Below are positions 1 through 23,800 of a DNA stretch of 64,000 nucleotides, piece by piece. The stretch covers positions 14,632,001-14,696,000 of the forward strand of contig OZ249437.1 in the NCBI GenBank assembly GCA_965235115.1, given 5' to 3'. Position 1 is the stretch's first letter. Every line of letters starts with the position of its first letter. The notes under the pieces were generated by a model. The model saw nothing but the letters and a program-made list of their open reading frames with translations, ran no database searches and had not been told where the DNA came from. Source of the DNA: Laetmonice hystrix (taxonomy: Eukaryota). Made by a program: the position numbers and the translations under genes.

Positions 1-114
1 TGTAGGAATCTCAATGTCGAGCTGTTTGGTTGGATTCTATCTGGTAGGCCTATAGGCCCTAGGCCCTATGCACACAGTGACCACTGACATTCTTTGTTGT
101 AGGGCTCTCAGGAT

Positions 115-223
115 GACATTGTACTAGTGGCTGAGGTCGGGTACTGACATCGTGCTAGTGGCTGAGGTCGGGTACTGACATCGTGCTAGTGGCTGAGGTC
201 GGGTACTGGCTGAGGTCGGGTAC
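115..223. repeat. 31-bp minisatellite (~3.5 copies) just upstream of the SGK3 ATG
   Basis: CTAGTGGCTGAGGTCGGGTACTGACATCGTG starts at 124, 155 and 186. Confidence 0.85.
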
Positions 224-243
224 CACTGAACCTAACGTACACC

Positions 244-12817
<12,574 letters not shown>

Positions 12818-13681
12818 AGGCCCCCCTGGAGGAAACGTTCCAGGGGCCAGCACAGGGTAGAAGATGGGAGAGAGGGGTGTGCTGAGAGTATGGGACAGGT
12901 TGGGTGGGGGGGGGGGGGGTTATAAAGAGAGGGGTGTGCTGGGAGTGGGACAGGTGTTGAGGGGGCGTGTTATAATGAATTATATGTGAATACCGACGGT
13001 ATGATCCGGGTCGAATCGTATGGAGTAACCTGAATATCCTGTTATGAATACCACACACCCAAAAACAGATTTATTACATAAGGTTAGAAACGGGAAGCTA
13101 TAGCATCTGGCCCTCAGATAAACAGATTTATTACATAAGGTTAGAAACGAGAAGCTATAACATCTGGCCCTCAGATAAAAAAGAAATAGGGCTAGTGGAG
13201 TTTAACCACGGCTGGACCTCCATCGTTTACGAGATTAACAATTGAAACCAACATTCGTTGTCAGTGCCATATATATCTTTAATTATTGTTGGTCCATAGT
13301 TCCAGTGTCCACTAATATCTGTGTCCCTCTCCTACAATAAATCTGAACAAAGCAGATGTATTTACCTCCGGGGTCGGACAGGGATTCCGTAAAGGTGCCG
13401 AGTGTTTCATGGGTATATTCTGGCCTCCCCACCAGAGTTCCAACCCGACAACCAGGCGGCACCACTGTCGATCCGATGTTTTAACCTTATGACATCTGGC
13501 TGGGAGGTGAGGCCTAACCCGCGTGATGTTGCACTATTTTTATCGGGAGGTGGATAGCGTTTGTAAAGTTCCATTTTAAATGGCGTCCTTCATTTCTGTC
13601 AAGGTCAGGAAGCAATGGCGCCCGTCTTTAGCAATGGCGACAGTCTTTAAAACTCTGGGTGATCTTTAAATAATCTCGAAA

Positions 13682-14033
13682 CCTTTAAAGCAATCAGCGA
13701 GTATCCCTCATTTCAATTACTCTAAAATGCAGACATGCGCTGTTAGGTTAGGTAGGGTCTTAGACTACATAAATCAATAAATGTATGTATACCCATAGAA
13801 ATGGAGAACTCTAATGAAATTAGAGATCTAAAAAATAAACCAATGGATTTCATTGGTTGTTCATGTCAACAACCAACCATGAGACGTTCACGTCATAGGA
13901 CAACAGGCAGCTAGAATATTGAATTTCATTAGATTTCTCCATTTCTATGGGTATACATTTATTGATTTATGTAGTCTAAGGCGAGTCTGTAAGTTGGAGT
14001 CATTGAACTGAGAGATGCTGCTTGCTTTAAAGG
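13682..14033. mobile_element. Foldback/MITE with nested inverted arms
   Basis: CTTAGACTACATAAATCAATAAA...GAAATT (13759-13822) is inverted at 13921-13980; outer arms CCTTTAAAGCAA / TTGCTTTAAAGG; no TSD found. Confidence 0.65.
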
Positions 14034-15553
14034 TCTTGGTGACCCTTTGAATGTTCTCAGAACCTTCGGATATCCTGTGAATCTCTGCGGACATATTCTA
14101 AAGAAAAAAATCCATGGTAAAATACAAATGGGCTTAATGGTAAATCATGAGAAACCTGACGCGACAGTTTGATTTATCTGCCGTTATGGGAAACTGCCGT
14201 GTGATCATATTCCTAAACAATGTAATTGTCCAATTATGCAAACTTAAATAATTATTACCTAGCAAAAGGTTATTTTTATCAATTTCATGCACCTCAGGTA
14301 AGGTCAAGTACACCCTGTACGTGGAATGTGATTATCAAAATGTGGACTCGAATTGGACCTGTAAAAAAATGATTCCTAATCAGAACCGATGATTGTGATA
14401 TTACGTGTACATAAGCTCCTTAAAATATTATATGTACCTAGAAATAAGAAAACATCTGTAACCAAGTACCAATAAAAAGTTTTTAAAATCCGAGTGAATG
14501 TTGAATATGAAACTGCAAAGTATAAAGTTCCTTCTTGATGGGCTATAACATTACCTCATTGTATACAATGTACTTCAGTTGGAAAGTGCCGGAAAGTTGT
14601 TTTTTTTTTGGGGGGGGGGGGGCAAATACGACACAAACAACTGTCCCTGGGTAATCTTTTTATATACCGGTACCCTTTGTATGTCGGAAAGAATAATTGC
14701 GCCAAGGCTGATCTAAGCAGGAAGTCTAAGGTAGACACCTCTAGGTCTGTCAAATGTTGTCCAGTTTTACACACCCTATGCCCAATCGATAAGACCTAGC
14801 ATTTTTGTCAAAATTCCTTGTATAAATGCATGCCGGGGGTGCGTCCCACTTGAAAACATGGATTTCGTCTTGGTCAGTTTCTACGGTGGCCGATTAGTGC
14901 CAACGACGAATACAAATTCAAAACGACGAATACAAAAGCAAAACGACAAATACAAAAGCAAAACGACAAATACAAATTCAAAACGACGAATACAAAAGCA
15001 AAACGACAAATACAAAAGCAAAAACGACAAATACAAATTCAAAACGAAGAATACAAATTCAAAACGACAAATACAAAAGCAAAAACGATGAATACAAATC
15101 CCTCTCACACCACAAACAACAACTTGGCGTGAAGCACGTTTACAAAAAGGATATCCATGTTCCGGGCCGAGAGTCGACCAGGACGAGTCTAAGTGTAAAT
15201 GTGGGACAGGGGTGAGCTGAGGTGACATCTACCGAGGCCTGCTATGGAATACCTGAAGGGAAATTCTTCGACTTCCAGCTCGACGTAATACATTTACTGA
15301 GACACCGACCATAACTTCGACTTCGACTTCGACGTAAACTTCGACTTCGAGTTGGGAGACACATTCTCAAACTCGTTCCAAAGGCAACCTTTTTAGCGTG
15401 TTTGGGCTTTGGCGTGGCTCCTCCGTCCATGCAGTGGCGGATCCAACGGGCCAGGCGCGGATTTAGGGGGGGTCATTGTCGGGGGGGGGGGGGGGGCGGG
15501 GGCGTTGCCGGGGCGGGGCGGGGGCACCGGGCGGGGCACCGACCCCCGCACCG

Positions 15554-16395
15554 GTGTGACTAATTACCGAAATCTACCGAAATCTACCGGAATCTACCGG
15601 AATTCAGAAACCCCATGACTAATTACCGAAATCGACCCCCAAACTTACCGAAATGGACCTCTAGTTGTGTTTGGGAGCCCCCAAACTTCCCGAAATGGAC
15701 CTCTAGTTGTGTTTGGGACCCCCCAAACTTCCGAAATCGACCCCTAGTTGTGTTTAGGAGTCCCCAAACTTACGGAAATCGACGCACTCTAATTGGGTTT
15801 GGGAGCCCCCAAACTTACCGAAATCGACCTCTAATTGGGTTTGGGAGCCCCCAAACTTACCGAAATCTGGGGGCTCCCAAACACAACTAGAGGTCGATTT
15901 CGGTAAGTTTGGGGGCTCCCAAACAACACTAGAGGTCCATTTCGGTAATTTGGGGGGCTCCTATAAACCCAATTAGAGGTCGATTTCAGTAAGTTTGGGG
16001 GCTCCCAAACACAACTAGAGGTCGATTTCGGTAAAGTTTGGGGGCTCTCAAACACAACTAGAGGTCCATTTCGGTAAGTTTGGGGCTCCCAAACACAACT
16101 ATAGAGGTCGATTTCGGTAATTTTAGGGGCTCCTAAACCCAATTACAGAGGTCGATTTTGGTAAGTCTCGGGGCTTCCCAATACTATTAGAGGTCGATTT
16201 CGGTAAGTTTGGGGGCTCCCAAACACAAAGTTCTAGAGGTCAATTTCGGTAAGTTTGTGGGCTCTCAAACACAACTAGAGGTCGATTTCGGTAATTTTGG
16301 GGGTCGATTTCGGTAATTAGTCATGGGGTTTCTGGATTTCGGTAGATTCCGGTAGATTTCGGTATATTCCGGTAGATTTCGGTAATTAGTCACAC
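15554..16395. mobile_element. Foldback element built from oppositely oriented ~42-bp tandem repeats
   Basis: Ends GTGTGACTAATTACCGAAA / TTTCGGTAATTAGTCACAC; repeat orientation flips at ~15868. Confidence 0.8.
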
Positions 16396-16465
16396 TCGTG
16401 GACAGTTTCCGCCCTAGTAGGAATTGGAACGAGTTGCGCATGTCCGAGACTTTGGCTCCCTTATG

Positions 16466-16701
16466 TATGGAATACCGGCGACGACATGCGAGATGCGAGA
16501 CAGTGTGTTTGGGTTAGGGTAAAGGTTAGGCCTAGGGTTAGTGTTAGTTTTCACTTTAGGAAAAGTTTAGCCCCCAAATTATGCTATTGTTAAATAGGCA
16601 CGTGGATCGCGATATCGGTGTCAATAAGAAACATTCTATGTGCTAAATTGACACTGTTCGGTCCCATGTCGCTTCTCGCATCTCGTCGCCGGTATTCCAT
16701 A
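16466..16701. mobile_element. IS3EU-like MITE nested in the 14882-17147 element
   Basis: CTTATG|TATGGAATACCGGCGACGA ... TCGTCGCCGGTATTCCATA|CTTATG; 6-bp TSD. Confidence 0.82.
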
Positions 16702-17638
16702 CTTATGCCAATCTCCTACCGCAGCGTCTCAGTATCGCCAGAACTAGTCAGAGTGCAAACACCCCTGCCCACTTAGACTCGCCCTGGTCGTCCCTGGGCC
16801 CCGAACATGGATACCATTCTTGTAAGCGTGCTACACGCCAACTTGTTGTTCGCGTTTGTGATCTCTCTCTTGCATATTTGCGTGTTTGAATTTGTTTTCG
16901 CGGTTTTTGTTTTGTAATTGCCGTTTTGGCGTTTGCGTTTGTGTTTTCTCTTTTGTTTTTGCGTTTTTGAATTTGTGGTCGTGGTTTCTGTTTTGTAATC
17001 GCCGTTCTAACTTTTGCGTTTGTGTTTTCTCTTTTGCATTCGTCGTTTTTAATTTGTAAACGTGTTTTCTCTTTTGCATTCGTCGTTTTTAATTTGTAAA
17101 CGTGTTTCCTCTTTTGTAATCGTCGTTGGCACTAACCGGCCACCGTAAGTTTCTGACTATAGTTTCGCATTACTTCAGCTGTTTTGGGGCACATTATAGG
17201 AGAGTGTGTCGTTCATCCTGCATTGCCTCCCAGGAACACGAATAACAATCTCCCATAATGTAGCGGGGCTCGCTCCACTACCCGTCTGCCACTAGTCCAT
17301 CAACGGACCCACCAACGGCAAAGCCTGGGTCCACTCTGCGCACAGCGAGTGGACTGTTTCCGGTCTAGTCTGCCACATCTCACTTTTTACGGGCAAAATC
17401 GGGCCTCTACGCGTTTAACCCTGTTTTTGGAAAGCCGGCCGCCCCTTATGGTATCTATAGGCGAAGGCTACCTCTAAATCCCCAAAGAGATTATAACAAG
17501 TAACATTCACACGTACAAGAGATAGACTCTATGAAATATTAGGAACTACATTTGCGGAGGGAAATCCGCTAGATCTATAGTCGCAAGTCGGTTGGCCAAT
17601 TTCGGGATGATTCGAAATAGGCTACTTCGGGTGTTTCC

Positions 17639-17934
17639 GACTACAGTCTGTTCGCTCTAAGAAGAGCTTGACCTCGGCCTCATTATAAGCTGTGACCTGC
17701 CCCCTCCTCCCGTCGACCCACAGCTGGCGTATCACAAGTCGTCACCGCCTGTCACTCAAGAATGGCACCAAACTCCATGTGGTTCTGTATTACCCCAAAT
17801 GGAGTGCTCACCCCAGCTTTACATCCTCCCGCAGGCAGCCGTTACGGCCCGCGGCCTGTTATTGGACACGCTGGAGGAGTGGGGCGGGAGGGTCATTATG
17901 CTCGAGCTCTTCTTAGAGCGAACAGACTGTAGTC
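17639..17934. mobile_element. MITE with a perfect 30-bp TIR
   Basis: GACTACAGTCTGTTCGCTCTAAGAAGAGCT and its exact reverse complement at 17905-17934; the core is also present at ~31976-32170. Confidence 0.75.
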
Positions 17935-19069
17935 TTATTAGTCGATAATGGAAGTAGCCTAGAACCTGCGCATTGTGTCTTATCAATGGTATAGCATAGG
18001 CATGGGCGTCGAAAGGTGTGGGACAGCTGCCCGTACCCGGGGGGGGAGGGGGGTTCCAGGGGTTCCGGACCCCCCCCCCCCCCTCCGGGAGGGGTCCTCG
18101 CACCTGAGGGTACCCAGGCTCAGGCTACGGCTGTAGGCCCGTGCACGAACTGAATACAAAAGATGGACCCCCCCCCCCCCCCAAGACCAATCCTGGGTAT
18201 GGGCCTGAGGGGGGGAAATGTACCCTCCACTCTTGATACAGGGGGGACACCATATCGATTGTCCCCCACTTTTTCTGTTCAGAGTGACAAACTAAACCTT
18301 GGCGGGTTCAGGGGACAGCAGGAATAATGGCCCGACTACGGGTCTGATTCACGAAGCAGAAACACTATCTATGGGCTTATGCTAGATATTAAACGTATTT
18401 CTCATCGTTTGGCAATGTTCTATGCTTAGTAATTGCTGTGTCTGCATTGGTAGTGCAGAAAATGTCCCCAGGCGCGGATCCAGAGTGGGGGGGGGGGGGG
18501 GGTCGTAACCCCCCCTCCCGCTCTCGGACATTCCCCCCTCTCTTTCCAATAAACATGCATGCATTAATCAGTGGGGGATCCAGGATTTTGATAAGGGAGT
18601 GGAGCCCACCTAAAAAAGTTTTAGTCTCGCTACGTTCGGCATCATTTTATTGTAGCTGTATACCTACTAATGCATCTTCATACAAAAAAAGGAAAGTCTA
18701 AGGGGCTGCGCCCCCCTGGATACCCAGCTAATTAATACATTAATTATAATTAAAAGGTCGGCACGGAAAGCTCTTCATGCAGTTTGAAGCCGAGACGCCG
18801 GGAAATAGCATCTATGGCCTTTTATATTCCCAAACATTTTCCAGTCGGAGCCCCCCGTCGGAGCGGGAACCTTTTGAACCCCCCCCCCCCCCCCCCGTCC
18901 CCCAAAAAATCCTGGATTCGCCCCATTGAAGGGAGTTTGTGTGCCGGGGATACATTGCAACTCCCCACTTTACCCTATTGCTTTCCAACTTATCCACTGA
19001 TACCCACTGTTGATGATTTGCAAACACCTATTCCGGTTGGGCAGTCCATCTGAGAGAGAGAACATTTGG

Positions 19070-19550
19070 GATCCACAGGCGTCACGGAACCCCACAAAAT
19101 AGGAACTCGTAAAACACCGCCCGGTCAGACATCCACGGCTGCCATGGAACCCCACAAGATAGGAACTCGTAAAACACCACCCGGTCAGACGAGGGATCCA
19201 CGCGGCCGTCATGGAACCCCACAAGATAGGAACTCGTAAAACACCGGCGGTCACGGAACCCCACAAGATAGGAACTCGTAAAACACGTACCGCCCGGTCA
19301 GCCGAGGGATCCACGCGGCCGCCATGGAACCCCACAAGATAGGAACTCGTATAACACCGCCCAGTCAGACATCCACGGCTGCCATGGAACCCCACAAGAT
19401 AGGAACTCGTATAACACCGCCCGGTCAGACATCCACGGCTGCCATGGAACCCCACAAGATAGGAACTCGTAAAACACCGCCCGGTCAGACATCCACGGCT
19501 GCCATGGAACCCCACTAGATAGAAACTCATCAAACACCGCCAGGTCAGAC
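19070..19550. repeat. ~60-bp minisatellite (~8 copies)
   Basis: Unit CCATGGAACCCCACAAGATAGGAACTCGTAAAACACCGCCCGGTCAGACATCCACGGCTG. Confidence 0.93.
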
Positions 19551-20870
19551 GGGGTTCATATGGTGCAGAAGTAAACTACATGTACAAATAACATTTTGCG
19601 ACTTTCTGTCCGACATTTTATTCTTTGAAACATAATACAGTATCTGATTTGTCTCCCTCCCAACTGTTGGCCAGTATATACACATGTACATGGACAAGCA
19701 TGGACTCACGTAATTACTTGGCTTCTAGCCTGTCTTATCCTGGAATTTCTTTGACGTCCAAGGACTTAGACCATGGAAGCTAATATTCCATTGTTTCACG
19801 TGGAGATCAGAAAAAGACAGTCTTCAGGCCAACGCAGATCAGATAGCGATAAAGTCTTCAGCAGGCCAACACGCAAAGACCGAGTTTGATTGCAACTCGA
19901 ATGAACTCGAGTCAGTCCACGCTGGATAGTCGATTTGCCCTCTGAATGCGGGATGCGCCTTCCAGTGAGGGGAACCCCTCCGAGGTGGTTTTTGACGCAT
20001 TCTGGCAAAGGCAAGATGTCCAGACGCCAGCGGTAGCTTCACAAAACCTGTTCGAGCGTGCCCGTGTGACCGGGGTTTGCATCGTTCGGCAAAACTTGCC
20101 AAGTAGATACAAAAGATATTAATGTATGACTCACGGTGACGTGTTGCGTTGCGGTCTTTATAAAGCATACTTTCGTCCACGGTTTTGCCTGTTCTCTTTG
20201 CACACACAACCGTCGAATGGAAGTATCGCCATGTTGAATTGACCGATGGGTCATGAACATACGAATTGTTATGTGGCTGCCAGGCGAAACAAACCATTCA
20301 GATTCTCAGCCCTGGCAGCCAGAGTGGTGCTATTCACGTCCCGCTGCGATTCCACTTTTACCAGAAAACAGCCCATGATGCTACCGCTAACCCAATCCGA
20401 ATCAAGATGGCGACAGATTCATCGACAATTTCAGTGAGGGTTGCAAATGACAGCCGCACACGAACTCAGTGTTAGTCAACATACCCCAATAAAGGTGTGA
20501 AGAGAGAGAAAAATGTGTCTGCTGTCACCGGTAAGAGTACAGAGTCAGAAGTACAGTGAGTCAGCGAGTGTCCGATGAAGCCAGTGAATGATTGCCCCAG
20601 GGGTAAGCGGGGCAATGTGCCGCTGGATCTTAAAGCTTAATCCCTAGACCCTGTTGATAGAGCTGTTAGAAACAGGGTCTAGGTTCCTGGTCTAGGTCAA
20701 ACAGGGACAGCGAAGAACATCGGATGGCCCAGTTGAACATATTATTTAGAGCGTAGGTTAGGACCTGCACTTTTCAACATCTACAAACTGCTGCCTCACT
20801 CCAATCATGATACGAGTTATAATACACTCAAATTCGTTAACATTGGTCTTTATTGGGACCTATGCGACAA

Positions 20871-23800
20871 TCAGACAGTACTGCCAGACTGAGGGTGATG
20901 TTTCTTCATGTGCCATGTCATCGAATTCCTCTGTCTACATTGGAAATAACAAAACTCACAACGCAAAGGCTTCTGATTCAAGTGTATCCGCATGTGAACT
21001 TTGAGGTTATCTTTCTTATTAAACACCTTGCCACAGTTGGGCCACATACAAGTGACCTTCTCCAGGCCGAAATGCACAACGTTCAGGTGTTGTTGTAGTG
21101 ATGGTCTTCCATTGTATATCTTTCCACAAAATTCGCAACAGAACTTGCTAATTTTCTGATGGACACACTCAACATGTTTCCTCAAGGTGGAAGTGTTTGA
21201 AACTTCTTTGTCACAAACTTGACAGCGGGTCTTCTCTTGTAGATGTATTTTCTGATGGCAATATAAAGATCTTGAAGTACCAAACGTTTTCCCACACATT
21301 TCACATATAAAGTTCTGTGCAGGTTCATCTTCCCCATGATATGTATGTCTGTGAAGTTTGTACCTGTATATATTTGAGAAATGTTTCTTACACTCCCTAC
21401 AAAATGGGGGTTTCTGCTTGGTTCTTTTCGTGGCTGACGACAGATTGTTTGACTGCATTTCCCTTTTCAAAGGGTGATCCACCACAGATTCACTGAGATC
21501 AGAGTCTGTCCTACTTTTGGGCGAGTCCTGAATTTGTTTGTAGTCTAATATCAGACTGGTTTGTCTGACGTACTGTTCTACGTCTGAATTGTGTGCACAT
21601 TCCAGCCCCTCCTCTTCCTCCTTCAAGGCATAGTTCTTCTCCACTAACTTGTCCTCCACGACACAGTTCTTCTCAACTAACTTGTCCTCCACGCCACAGT
21701 TCTTCTCGACTAACTTTCCCTCCATGACACAGTTCTTTTCAGCCAACTCTTCCTTCATGGCACAGTTGTTCTTGACTAACTCTGACACATTTTCGTCAGT
21801 ACTGTTGTCATGAACCAAGTCTTCCACATCTTCCTCCTTGACATGAACATCTTCAGGAAAGTGACCGGACAGCAGAGACGACATATTTTTCCAGGCTGCT
21901 TTTCCTACTTCATCGTTGGTATTCCTCTTTGAGCCACTACTGAAATGAGAACATATATCAGTATAAAAGTAAACCAGCTGACACTCCCATGCTTGCTTAC
22001 TTGTAGAATATGGCTGCTGCACTTTCCCTGTCCTGATTGGTCAGTTCCCTGTCACGTGATCACAGATAATATACACATGTTGACTGGTCAAAAGGGCAAC
22101 AGCATAAGACTTATGCTGTTGCCCGAATAAGGCCAGTCAACATGTGTTTTATAACACGCCGTACCTACATGCATTTCATTCAAAAGTAAACAGCGATTCC
22201 CAGCGACTGGGTGTGTTATTTTTCGTTTTCTGCCTGTGAGTGTGGCCTACATTAATTAGATGTCACTCACTGTGATGCCACACTCACTGTGATGCCACTA
22301 GCTCCTATCTAGGCCTACTCCTAGATCTGAATCTCTCTTTCATATAAATTCAAAACCCTTGTCAATGCGGAAAAGTCGTCCGCTATTGTCTCAGAAGTTC
22401 TGCAGGCAAGGTAGGCCTATAGGCTATTGCTATCACGCAACGATTTGTCGAACTATTTCCCATGGGCAATAGTTCGACAACTATTGCCCGGTAAAGCATT
22501 CGGACCACGTGACCAGGAACCGACCAATCAGAGCGCAGGAAAGAAAGTAGGCGTGTTATAAAAACTAATATTGCACGGAAAAAGTAATATTGACCAGTCA
22601 ATAATACCGGACAGCGAGGTTCGGCTGGGGGGGGGGGGGCCTACCGCCCGTGCTCACCCCGTCACCGTGCACGGGCCTTGGGCTCGGGTGACGCCGGATT
22701 GACCAGCCGTAAATAGACATGTCGGGGTATTCCACATCTGCTGCGTGTGCTACAACCACCCAAGGGCCGGGATGTTGATGGTATGGCGAAATCAAATAAA
22801 AACGGTAACGTTAGGCCTACAAGAGAGATATCAGAATCTAACTAATTTGCGAAAATACAGTGCCCGTTTTCTGATTTTTACGGGGAACGGCAGTTGGCGG
22901 AATTCCGCTATATGACAGAAGAGGGTTACGAGAAAACACAACAATCCAGTTTGGCACCCACATGATCATAATCTTGTCACTTTAGCATTGCAAATCCCAT
23001 AGGATATTATTTCATGGTTATAGCGCTTTCATTTTTGTACCTTACAAAACAAGAGCACCAACCTGTTTTACGTAAGAATAAATAAATTTGTTAGATATCA
23101 AAATTGACAAAAATCTAGTTGATGTTTTCAAATGTGTTTGAAACAACTGACATTAACTTACACAGAATTTACTAATCTGACGACAGGAACGACTCCAGTC
23201 CATACCCAGCCAATACAGACCATATGTACATGTATTTGTTACCTTAACATCTGCTCTCCCAGTTCAAGAAGCCAGTCGACAAACTTGGGGAGCTCAGTCT
23301 GTTGATAACCAGCAAGTTTCTGTAGGTGGAGCCATCTGGTGGCCATGTCACCAACTACAGCTAAGTTGATACTCGTCTGAGGGACACGACTTCCACTTTG
23401 AGTGGGCAAGATGAATGTGCTGAAATCAAGAAAACATTGATAAAGTTGGGCTAGGACCCAAATAACAACATATGGATATGTTGAAGGAAACAATACTTAG
23501 ACAAGTATTCAACCGACAATAATGAACATTTACAAGAATTCACCAAACCACGGAACTAAGACAACCCAGGAATGCCAACTTGAGCCTGAATCGGGTCCCA
23601 TGATTGTGCACATGTGTAAAATCCTTGTTCATGAACTCCAACTTCCGTTTCACTGTATTGCCGCAGCGATAGGGGACGATACATGATGATCGACGCCGCA
23701 ATTAACCCTGTAAATTTTATAAGGTCTATAACTGTCATTAATAGACCCCTGTCCAAATTCAAGCGAAGCATCCACTTGTAGATCTACCGTATGGTATGGC

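Larger units (their letters stand above)
14882..17147. mobile_element. Non-autonomous IS3EU-like DNA transposon with nested insertions
   Basis: AGTTTC|TACGGTGGCCGATTAGTGCCAACGACG ... CGTCGTTGGCACTAACCGGCCACCGTA|AGTTTC; 6-bp TSD, TAY..RTA termini, ~350-bp imperfect arms with subterminal tandem repeats. Confidence 0.8.

Noticed and set aside
15243-15260. Third TATGGAATACC terminus as another nested IS3EU-like element
   Set aside because: No separate matching right end or TSD was found.
18970-19537. Minus-strand ORFs over the 60-bp array as a hidden exon
   Set aside because: Open frames are explained by the repeat; no recognisable homology or convincing splice pair.
19839-20297. 152-aa minus-strand ORF containing TVDESM, reminiscent of the piggyBac catalytic motif
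   Set aside because: The surrounding residues do not continue the piggyBac pattern and no TTAA/TIR ends were found; may be a decayed TE but is unsupported.
20871-22022. ORF-track starts for the zinc-finger proteins at 22022 and 30885
   Set aside because: The upstream parts differ between paralogs and lie beyond a conserved TTTCAG acceptor; the true N-termini come from two upstream exons.
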